From Pseudomonadota bacterium (GTDB lineage: Bacteria > Bdellovibrionota_B > Oligoflexia > Oligoflexales > CAIMVM01), in assembly GCA_037142195.1 (NCBI GenBank), contig JBAXBA010000084.1, positions 1 to 15,307 on the forward strand: a DNA stretch of 15,307 nt. The letters are read 5' to 3'. The notes under the pieces were generated by a model. That model saw only the letters and a program-made list of their open reading frames with translations, searched no databases and was not told where the DNA came from. Within the stretch, counting starts at the first letter, position 1; every line of letters begins with the position of its first letter. Made by a program: the position numbers and the translations under genes. Below, one piece after another: positions 7,821 to 15,307 of the stretch.

Positions 7821-8159
7821 TTCCTTCTTTTAAAAAAAACTTAGGCTTAGGAACAAACAACTTGACATAGCTGGACCATTCCACAATTTAAAGACGAATG
7901 ATAATTATTTGCCTTAGCAAAAAATAGACTCGGCTGTTTTATAGCATACCATTTTTCTACCCCATATAAATTAAAGCAGAATCCTTTAGATGGTTTCCCC
8001 AAGGGTTGGAACTAGATACATAAACGTTTAAGATCAAATATAAGGTTCGAGTGTTTTGCGTAGACCTCAAAATGGAGGGAAGGAATATGCTGACTGCCTT
8101 AAGCAGTCGTTGTTTGCGGCAACTTACAATTATACGTCAAAAAAACCCAAACACAACAA

Positions 8160-8897
8160 TCAAATTTTAATAACGCTTCCCATATAGGACAACTTCAGAC
8201 TACTTGTAAGCTCAAATTCAAAATTATCTGGCACCTCACCCGACTTAATATCGCGCCATGAAATATGGGAGAATTTCGGCTTTATTCCTGTAAGCTCATC
8301 TTCCTTAAATCCAGCAGAGCGGCAGAAGCCTATGAGTTCAGATGGTTTGATAAAAAGTCGCAAAATATGCATATTCTTGGGAGTGTTTTTCACAAACCAC
8401 TCTACAAACTTTATAATAACAAGGTAGGCCAAAAAGTTTCGATTGAAAGTGTGAAAAATAAAGACTCCACCTGGTTTAAGAACTCGCGAAAATTCTCTGA
8501 TAATACTTGATGGATCCTCAACATGCTCCAAAAAGTCCATGGCGGTCACGACATCAAAAGTTTGATCCGCAAATGGCAGAGAATAAGCATCTGCTTGCAG
8601 ATAGTTTACCGATTTGGTGGAATCAAATCGTCGAGCAACCGATAGACTGTCGTCTGACATATCAATGCCAGTTACTTGAAAACCTTCAGAAGCAAGCGGA
8701 TTGGCAAGAAAGCCAGCTCCACAACCGACATCAAGAATTGCAGTTTTAGCTGGGGAAAAATCTAGACTCTTGAGCTTACTAAGGACCCAAGGTAATTTCA
8801 CTCTAGTTTCCGCTCTTAGAAGAGCAATGGGATCATCTTTAGCAGTATACCAACGATCACCGTAGAGATTATAAAACTCATTGTTGACGACGCTCAC
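8160..8897 (-). CDS. ubiG: UbiG-like SAM-dependent O-methyltransferase
   Basis: ILDVGCGAGFLA (SAM motif I), FDVVTAMDFLEHV and LKPGGVFIFHTFNR. GTG start with a GGAG RBS; overlaps the upstream gene by 20 nt. The family is clear, but the substrate may not be a ubiquinone precursor. Confidence 0.85.
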   Translation of the reverse strand: MSVVNNEFYNLYGDRWYTAKDDPIALLRAETRVKLPWVLSKLKSLDFSPAKTAILDVGCGAGFLANPLASEGFQVTGIDMSDDSLSVARRFDSTKSVNYLQADAYSLPFADQTFDVVTAMDFLEHVEDPSSIIREFSRVLKPGGVFIFHTFNRNFLAYLVIIKFVEWFVKNTPKNMHILRLFIKPSELIGFCRSAGFKEDELTGIKPKFSHISWRDIKSGEVPDNFEFELTSSLKLSYMGSVIKI

Positions 8898-9318
8898 GGT
8901 TGCTCCAATATATAATTTGATAGACCATAAAACTCAGAATCAAATACGGCTGAAATTTCACTATTTCTACATTTGTTCCTTCCATCCATAATAATCCTGC
9001 AGACAAAAAACAGATGGGGTGGACGACAAAAAGTACAGAATGCAACCAATTCTCTGCGGCCGAACAAACATCCTTATGTACAAATTCGTCCTTTGTTATA
9101 ACAAGACAAGATAAGACACATAATGCGATATAGATACGCAAATTATTTGATGTCGGGCCTGACACCGAAATAAAGAAATAGCTTGCAAAGACAGTTAAGG
9201 AATCTAGGGGATGGCCTACTATCTCCCACAATGGGAGACCGCGCTTTCTATGGAAATAGAACTCATCCCATAGCATAGCCAAGCCCTGCACCAAAAATGG
9301 AGCATAATAGATAGCCAT
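8878..9318 (-). CDS. Small integral membrane protein (146 aa) with duplicated DE-x2/3-H...E-x3-H motifs, function unknown
   Basis: The ATG directly abuts the PKS stop (TAGATG). There are 4-5 hydrophobic segments. Motifs are DEFYFH-x8-EIVGH and DEFVH-x7-ENWLH. Confidence 0.85.
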   Translation of the reverse strand: MAIYYAPFLVQGLAMLWDEFYFHRKRGLPLWEIVGHPLDSLTVFASYFFISVSGPTSNNLRIYIALCVLSCLVITKDEFVHKDVCSAAENWLHSVLFVVHPICFLSAGLLWMEGTNVEIVKFQPYLILSFMVYQIIYWSNRERRQQ

Positions 9319-10455
9319 CTAAGAGATCTCAAAAACTGATCCAAAAACCGTAAGGCCTGGACCAAATGCAAGACTAATGACAATTGATCCGACTGGGTAG
9401 TTGTTTCTTAGTATCAAATCCCAAACATGAGGAAGAGTTGCCGATGACATGTTACCTCGTTCAAAAAGTATTTTTTGACATTCCCTAACTTGGTTGTCAT
9501 AAAAACCTAATGACTCTTTAACAGTCTCAATAATTTTAGGGCCTCCGGGATGAATGGCAAAGATGGCACTTTTGGTAGCCTCGGGCCCATAACCAGCTTT
9601 ATTTAATAGACACGAAATAAAGTCTTCTAAATGTGCTTTAATTTTTGTTGGCACTTCTCGGGACAAATTCATCTGCATGCCATGGGAACCCGAAATCCAA
9701 GACATATCCATGGCTGAATCAGGAATCAATCTTTCCAAGACTGCCACAATCTTGAGATTGCCGCCCGTCTCAGCCTGCTGATTTGACACGGTATATTTGG
9801 CATGACCGTCAGCAAATAGCGTTTGAACGACTATCTGCTCAGGACTGTGATTTAGTACATTCATATGCAACCCGCACATTTCATTATGAACTATATCCAC
9901 TTGCTTGGAATCTGGCGAACTAAGCACTAAGGCATGCGCCAACCGAATAGCTGGTAGCGAAGCATAGCAGCCCATATGATAAGCATGGGTAATTTCAGTA
10001 TCGCCCTCCCATGCTGGATGGGATACAGCAAGTTGCGCAGCGCTAGGCGAAACATATCCTGTACACGTCACGTGAATGAGATGCTGAGGTCTCGCCTCAG
10101 ATTCGTTAAAATTATAGATATTTTTGAAAACTTCAAATGATCTTTCGGAAAAAAATTTCGCCCTCGCCTTGATGTCCATACCATTTGGCGTATCTTCGGT
10201 AATACTATAAATCCGTGCCCTATCTCCAAACCCTTCCTGAATATCATCACACTCGAAAAATCTCTGTGAGATCAAGGAATCCTTAACGCCATAGCGCTGA
10301 AAAAAACGCTCTATGGAAACGGAATCATCATCTTTCGAAGAAACCAAAGCCTGCGCTTTCCTATGAACATCAGATAGCCACAGCAAGAGGTCTTTTTGTG
10401 GGTAGCAGTTCTTGGGTTCTACGGTTCTAAATCTATTAATAAATGCGGATTCCAT
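9319..10455 (-). CDS. Type III polyketide synthase (chalcone/stilbene synthase superfamily)
   Basis: Catalytic triad Cys163 (HMGCYA), His302 (AIHPGG) and Asn335 (GNMSSA), plus VTCTG, LFADG and AFGPGLT motifs. GGGAG RBS. Confidence 0.93.
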   Translation of the reverse strand: MESAFINRFRTVEPKNCYPQKDLLLWLSDVHRKAQALVSSKDDDSVSIERFFQRYGVKDSLISQRFFECDDIQEGFGDRARIYSITEDTPNGMDIKARAKFFSERSFEVFKNIYNFNESEARPQHLIHVTCTGYVSPSAAQLAVSHPAWEGDTEITHAYHMGCYASLPAIRLAHALVLSSPDSKQVDIVHNEMCGLHMNVLNHSPEQIVVQTLFADGHAKYTVSNQQAETGGNLKIVAVLERLIPDSAMDMSWISGSHGMQMNLSREVPTKIKAHLEDFISCLLNKAGYGPEATKSAIFAIHPGGPKIIETVKESLGFYDNQVRECQKILFERGNMSSATLPHVWDLILRNNYPVGSIVISLAFGPGLTVFGSVFEIS

Positions 10456-10571
10456 AGGTCTCCCTAAAACTGGAACCTACCGCAATATAGATAAATTAGC
10501 AATGCATGATAGTGCAGATCTAGGCACGTTTGCGCTGGGGAATTCCACTACGAACCAGAACACCCTAAGGG

Positions 10572-10604
10572 ACTATATAAAAACTATATAAAGACTAAAT
10601 AAAG
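10572..10604. repeat. Three tandem 11-bp direct repeats upstream of the PKS operon
   Basis: ACTATATAAAA / ACTATATAAAG / ACTAAATAAAG at 10572, 10583 and 10594. Confidence 0.7.
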
Positions 10605-10687
10605 ATCTAACAGATGCAATGAGATTCGGCTGGTTGATTTCTATAGAAGGGACAGCACCTAGAATCGGATAAGTTGATTCTGTATGA

Positions 10688-11041
10688 CTATGAATTTCCT
10701 TTTTTGGCGGCAAGATAGCTACCGATGAATTCTCTAATATATTCCATTTCAAAAGGCTTTTTTAATATTTTGACAAAAGGATATTTGGACTCTAGATTCA
10801 AATCACCAGAAGCACAAGCGACAGGAATCCCGGCAGGAAGTCTTGCAGCAAGCCTTTCGCCGGTGGTCTCTGGCATTCTAAAGTCGACAATCACAAGGTC
10901 CGGCATAACCTCATGTATATGCTTAATTGCTTGCTCAGAATCAGTAAAGGATTCAATTAAGATATCCTTTTCCCCAAACATATCCACGACGAGTTCACAA
11001 ATATCTGGCTCATCGTCGACGAAAACTACTCTAATCCCCAT
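10688..11041 (-). CDS. Stand-alone response regulator receiver (CheY-like)
   Basis: VFVDDE acidic pocket, IVDFRMP phospho-Asp, ASG Ser/Thr and KPF Lys. 117 aa with no output domain. Its start overlaps the kinase stop (TAATG). Confidence 0.92.
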   Translation of the reverse strand: MGIRVVFVDDEPDICELVVDMFGEKDILIESFTDSEQAIKHIHEVMPDLVIVDFRMPETTGERLAARLPAGIPVACASGDLNLESKYPFVKILKKPFEMEYIREFIGSYLAAKKGNS

Positions 11042-13881
11042 TAGCTGGCCCTCGAATAAATTGGAATTACAACTTCAAAGCAGGTACACGGATGATTCGC
11101 TAATAGCTCAATGGTGGCGTTATGATCTGCTAGAATTCCTTTAACGATCGACAGACCAAGCCCAGTTCCTTTACCTACAGGTTTCGTGGTGAAAAATGGC
11201 TGAAATATCTTAGCTGCAACCGCCTCTGGAATTCCTTGCCCAGAATCCTGCACCTGAACGATAATTTGCGAACCATTGCTCGTCACTATGACCTTTACCC
11301 AACGCTTTTCTAAACCACGAGTTGCGTCAATGGCATTCGAAATGAGATTTACAAAAACTTGCTCCATCTCTCCTTCATCACAATAGACGTCCGCTGTCAA
11401 ATCACATATCAAACTGACCGAAGTAGATTCCAACCTAGCCTTTGACTCTGTTAATATAACGCACTCTCTTAGAATACCAGGGAGGTCGAAAACATTTTTT
11501 TCTGTCGTATCGGAACTTCTCGAAAAATTCTTTAAACCCTTAACTATCCTTGCTATTCTAGCTGCAGAATCATCTATAACTTTGAGCTTGGACCTTAGTT
11601 TTTCCGGATCAGAAATAAATTTTTCAATAATGCTTATATTACCAGTTATTATGGTTAATGGGTTATTAATTTCATGCGCGATACCAGCTGACATTTCACC
11701 TAGAGAAGCTAGTTTAGCATTGCGAACACTCTTTAGTCTCTCTAGATCCAGAATTTCGCGAGTCTGAGTTAATACTTTTTCTGCCTCTACTAATGCTGTA
11801 ACATTTTCAACTACAGAGTAGAACCTACCCTCACTCTTGTCTGCTGCCGGTACGAATTTAGAAACCACAACACCATTCACAATTTCGCCTGAATTATGCT
11901 GAAAACGCAGAGAGCACCTTCTCATACTGAGGTCTGACTTCACTTGGCTAAAGAATTCACGAGCGGAAGATCTATCCTCTTCAACGACGAAATCTAACAG
12001 CGAAGCGAAGCTCAAGTCTCTCTTGTTTGTTCCAAGCAAGTTCAGCATACCTGGGTTGACGGAAATGAGCCTCAGTTCAGTATTAATTTCAAGTATGCCA
12101 ATGGGGGCATTCTCATGGACCGTCTGCAGAGCTAGCTGGCTTTCTTGAGCCTGCTTGAGGGCCTGTTCAATTCCAATCTTTAGGGAAATATTCTCAATTT
12201 CCACCTTCTTTTCAGAGGTTATATCGAAATGTATTGCCAAATAGCTTTCGACTACACGATCTTTGTTGTAGATGGGTGCAACAACTGTTCTTAGCCAAAC
12301 CACGCTGTTTGCCTTTACGGGAAAGCTTAAGTCAGATGACCATACTTTTTGGCCTCGCATATGCTCCCAAAAGGATTTGTATGCCTGTTCACCATGGATA
12401 TCCATTCGAACCAATTCCATGGACTCACCCTGAATATCGTATGGAGACAGCCCAAGTAGCTCGGTAAAGTTGTCCTTACAAGAGATAACTCTGCCTTTTA
12501 AATCTAAAGACACAACAAATGCTGACTCCTCTAGCGCCAATACCAACTGTCGAAATCCATACTCCAACTTCCGAGATTCGGTCACATCCCTCCCTATGCC
12601 GAAAACCTGATCATTTCTTTTGTCCTTTTTCAATAGCCACGAAACCTCCCTCCAATCCCCCTCCGATGTAGAGACCCGATTGGAAAACTCAACTGCAGCA
12701 GTGCCTTCATCAAGCTTCTTGAGTTCTTTTCTAGTTTGGGTATATTCAATGGGATGCACAAATTTGAGAAACTCTGAACCGATAATTTCATCTTCTTTAA
12801 ATTTTAGAACCTTCGCAAAGCTGGGATTGATAGAACTGAATTCCAAATTGGAATTTCCAACAAATATCATATCTGGGGAAACAGAGAAATGACGATTAAG
12901 AAGTTCTTTTGCTTCAATTAAGTCCGTTACGTCCGTAAATGTAACGATTACATTTAGATTCTGAGGCACTCCTTCCAGAGGAGCGGCTGCACATTTTTGG
13001 CCTACAAAAGGCGTAGCTGTAATTTGAATCCAGCGCACTTTCTTTGCGTACGCTTTGACTCCCATCAAAACATTCGCCACCTGCATGCCAGTCTTCAGGG
13101 CTACAACTGCCGGATGGCGTTCACCAGGGAAATCGGAGCCATCTTCAGAGATTGCCCCCCACTGAGGATCCATGGAAGTCTTTCCCAGAAGTTGATCTTC
13201 ACTCAAATCCAAAATTCGCAGCGCCGAATTATTGAATCTTACAATTCTCCCACTAGCTTCGTGCACTACAAGTCCATCATTCATATTTTCCATAACAACG
13301 CGGTAGGAGTCGTCATGAAAAATAGATTCGGTGTCTTCACACAAGAGATAAAATCCTACAAGCCTATCATCTAGGGAATAATCGGGCACTGAAGTTAGCG
13401 TAAAGCTTAATTTTTCACCATTTAGGGACTTGCTTGGAAGACTCAGCACTTGTTTTTTTCCATTCGCTGCTGATTGCAAGAAGTCTTTGAGACCTGAGCT
13501 TTCGCCGCATTCATAGAACTCCTGCAAAGTGCAATTTGAACTAAGATGCAAGTGATTCGAAAGGGATAGAAATGGTTTTTTTTTTACTAGAGTATTTTTT
13601 TCAAGGTCGACGTAGCATGCGACCAAGTTGTAGCCAGATTTTTCTAGATGAGACTTGGCGACGTCATGAAGTATATATTGGCTCGTCTTTTCTGTCTGGT
13701 CTGGAACAGTCATAGACGTCTTAAGACTTAACAGTTCATTTCGAACTTCTTCCCATTTGCTTCTATCAACGGCGGTAGCAACATCTGAATGTGGATTCAG
13801 CTCATTTCCATCTCTTAATGTATCTATTTTAGTTAGGATAGTGTCGATACGATCCTGATACTTTTTGGAAATTGCCGCCAC
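11041..13881 (-). CDS. Cytoplasmic multi-PAS sensor histidine kinase (NtrB-like HisKA + HATPase)
   Basis: H-box GEMSAGIAHEINNPL, N-box QVFVNLISNAIDA, G1 DSGQGI, F-box FQPFFTTK and G2 GTGLGLS. About four PAS/PAC units end in FTDVT, GRDVT, HFDIT and VENVT, plus a possible degenerate N-terminal PAS. No TM segment. GTG start with a GGGAG RBS. Confidence 0.93.
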   Translation of the reverse strand: MAAISKKYQDRIDTILTKIDTLRDGNELNPHSDVATAVDRSKWEEVRNELLSLKTSMTVPDQTEKTSQYILHDVAKSHLEKSGYNLVACYVDLEKNTLVKKKPFLSLSNHLHLSSNCTLQEFYECGESSGLKDFLQSAANGKKQVLSLPSKSLNGEKLSFTLTSVPDYSLDDRLVGFYLLCEDTESIFHDDSYRVVMENMNDGLVVHEASGRIVRFNNSALRILDLSEDQLLGKTSMDPQWGAISEDGSDFPGERHPAVVALKTGMQVANVLMGVKAYAKKVRWIQITATPFVGQKCAAAPLEGVPQNLNVIVTFTDVTDLIEAKELLNRHFSVSPDMIFVGNSNLEFSSINPSFAKVLKFKEDEIIGSEFLKFVHPIEYTQTRKELKKLDEGTAAVEFSNRVSTSEGDWREVSWLLKKDKRNDQVFGIGRDVTESRKLEYGFRQLVLALEESAFVVSLDLKGRVISCKDNFTELLGLSPYDIQGESMELVRMDIHGEQAYKSFWEHMRGQKVWSSDLSFPVKANSVVWLRTVVAPIYNKDRVVESYLAIHFDITSEKKVEIENISLKIGIEQALKQAQESQLALQTVHENAPIGILEINTELRLISVNPGMLNLLGTNKRDLSFASLLDFVVEEDRSSAREFFSQVKSDLSMRRCSLRFQHNSGEIVNGVVVSKFVPAADKSEGRFYSVVENVTALVEAEKVLTQTREILDLERLKSVRNAKLASLGEMSAGIAHEINNPLTIITGNISIIEKFISDPEKLRSKLKVIDDSAARIARIVKGLKNFSRSSDTTEKNVFDLPGILRECVILTESKARLESTSVSLICDLTADVYCDEGEMEQVFVNLISNAIDATRGLEKRWVKVIVTSNGSQIIVQVQDSGQGIPEAVAAKIFQPFFTTKPVGKGTGLGLSIVKGILADHNATIELLANHPCTCFEVVIPIYSRAS

Positions 13882-13971
13882 CTTACGTCTCCCTTGTCAC
13901 ATCAAATCAAGTCTTCCATTAAATCTAAGGCACTCATGAAAAATTGTCATACAACAAACCCTGTTAGGATG

Positions 13972-13999
13972 GCATCGGCAGCTCTCATTGATAACTTTA
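13972..13999 (-). promoter_or_regulatory. Sigma28 (FliA/SigD)-type promoter of the kinase-receiver operon
   Basis: Minus strand TAAAGTT...GCCGATGC, i.e. TAAA-N16-GCCGAT, 90 nt upstream of GTG 13881. Confidence 0.6.
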
Positions 14000-14132
14000 T
14001 GTTTCGCTCACTCGCGGTAGATATAAGCCCATGAACCGACCGCGGTATAAACAAAGTTTTATCAAACCACCAAAAAACGGCACTCAGATTTAAGAATTTT
14101 GGAGCAGCTACGATGGGATCGTGAAGACGAGC

Positions 14133-14162
14133 GCCCTACCCTAGCTTGTGCTTAGAGAGGGC
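14133..14162 (-). terminator. GC-rich hairpin downstream of the aldehyde dehydrogenase, possible terminator
   Basis: Minus strand GCCCTCTCTAAGC-acaa-GCTAGGGTAGGGC gives about 12 bp with two bulges and one G-U. There is no U-tract. Confidence 0.3.
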
Positions 14163-14281
14163 CTTAAAGTCCCGATTGGAATTGCTTAGGGAAAGCTCTT
14201 TTGCGCTTGGAGAAACATGGACTGAAAAATTGCGGCTGCCTCTTCTTTACGATTTATTAACACCCAAACACGAGAAGAACG

Positions 14282-15307
14282 CTATAGTCTAAAAAGTAGT
14301 TTTATCAACTTCAAGGTCCCACCGTGAGGAACATAGCGCAGGGCAATATCAAAAGAGAAATAGGACTTCAAAATGGACTTTTCATGGGAAAAGATCTCCA
14401 AACTTCTCTTTCCATGATAGGACCCAAAGCCACTTTCTCCGACTCCACCGAAAGGCAAATGGGAGTTGACGAGATGAATAAGCGTGCTGTTAATGCACCC
14501 GCCTCCAAAAGAAAGTCTCTCTATGATTTGGCTATAGAAGGCCTTGTCTTTAGAAAACATATAGCACGATAAGGGATGAGGATTTCTTTCAATAATTTTC
14601 AGCAGGTCATCAATGGTATTGTAGGAAATCATAGGAAGCAGTGGGCCAAAAATTTCATCAGTCATCAATTTTGAATGGAGAGGAACATCTTTTAAGATTG
14701 TTGGAGCAATGTAGCGAGAACTCTTATTGTATTTGCCCCCTGAAAAAACAGTCCCGTCTGAAATAAGCGCTACAATTCTCTCAAAGTGAACTTCATTGAT
14801 GATGCGCCCATAATTTTCACATTTTTCTGGATTGTCACCAAAAAAGATTTTCATCCACTTTTTGAGTTCCTCTAAAAATGCATCGTGAATACTCTCATGT
14901 ACTAATACATAATCTGGTGCAACACAAGTCTGACCTGCATTGAAGAATTTTCCGTGCACTATCCGCTTAGCAGCGATAGACAAATTGGTATTTTTGTCAA
15001 CTATAGCCGGCGACTTGCCACCTAATTCCAAGGTTAAAGGAACCAAATTTCGAGCGGCATTCTCCATTACTATTTTGCCAACTTTAGTGCTGCCAGTGAA
15101 AAAAATATGCGCAAAGGGCATTCTAGTGAGCTGATTTGCAATTTCGGGTCCCCCACATTGAACTTGACAGAAGTCCGGCACAAAGGCCTTGGCAATGAGC
15201 TTAATTATTACTGCTTCCGATGATTTTGCCAACTCTGAGGGCTTTACAACGATGCAGTTTCCAGCTGCTATAGCCCCTACTAACGGAGCCAAAACCAGCT
15301 GAAATGG
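14282..15307 (-). CDS. NAD(P)-dependent aldehyde dehydrogenase, class-3/YwdH-like; 5'-partial (runs off the window)
   Basis: The frame is open to the window edge (PFQLVLAPLVGAIAAGN). Motifs are KPSE, FTGS, LELGGKSP (catalytic Glu), NAGQTCVAPDY (catalytic Cys), EIFGP and PFGGVGESG. Confidence 0.95.
   Translation of the reverse strand, partial: PFQLVLAPLVGAIAAGNCIVVKPSELAKSSEAVIIKLIAKAFVPDFCQVQCGGPEIANQLTRMPFAHIFFTGSTKVGKIVMENAARNLVPLTLELGGKSPAIVDKNTNLSIAAKRIVHGKFFNAGQTCVAPDYVLVHESIHDAFLEELKKWMKIFFGDNPEKCENYGRIINEVHFERIVALISDGTVFSGGKYNKSSRYIAPTILKDVPLHSKLMTDEIFGPLLPMISYNTIDDLLKIIERNPHPLSCYMFSKDKAFYSQIIERLSFGGGCINSTLIHLVNSHLPFGGVGESGFGSYHGKRSLEIFSHEKSILKSYFSFDIALRYVPHGGTLKLIKLLFRL

Noticed and set aside
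10521..10536. TAGGCACGTTTGCG as a sigma54 site near the PKS gene
   Set aside because: The GG-to-GC spacing is wrong and it is on the opposite strand to the PKS operon.
14282..15307. Aldehyde dehydrogenase as part of the PKS pathway (fatty-acid supply)
   Set aside because: It is separated by a 400-bp gap, a hairpin, a separate promoter and the two-component pair. Co-orientation alone is not evidence.
1..15307. CRISPR array, tRNA/rRNA, integron cassettes or known anti-phage defence genes
   Set aside because: I saw no regularly spaced repeats, cloverleaf, attC-like series or recognisable defence domains by eye.

Overview
Bacterial chromosomal window with no rRNA, tRNA or CRISPR array visible. 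The style (lipoproteins, sigma28- and sigma54-type promoters, multi-PAS kinase) is compatible with Oligoflexia/Bdellovibrionota, but that is only an impression. From left to right it holds: the terminal inverted repeat of an IS256-like element that cuts the 5' end off an OsmC-YcaO fusion gene; a lipoprotein with an ADP-ribosyltransferase-like H-Y-E motif set; a Gly/Ser-linker lipoprotein ending in a Cys/His-rich domain with CX3CH and CX4CH motifs; an EamA transporter; divergent DUF883- and DUF2171-type stress genes, each with a sigma54-type promoter; a structured intergenic region; a translationally coupled operon of type III PKS, a small membrane protein with duplicated DE..H/E...H motifs, and a UbiG-like O-methyltransferase; a sigma28-type-promoted multi-PAS histidine kinase plus stand-alone receiver; and a 5'-partial class-3-like aldehyde dehydrogenase. 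The best candidates for a new system are the PKS/putative metal hydroxylase/UbiG-like operon (possible alkyl-quinone or phenolic-lipid pathway) and the ART-like lipoprotein. All family calls come from motif recognition by eye, without database searches.
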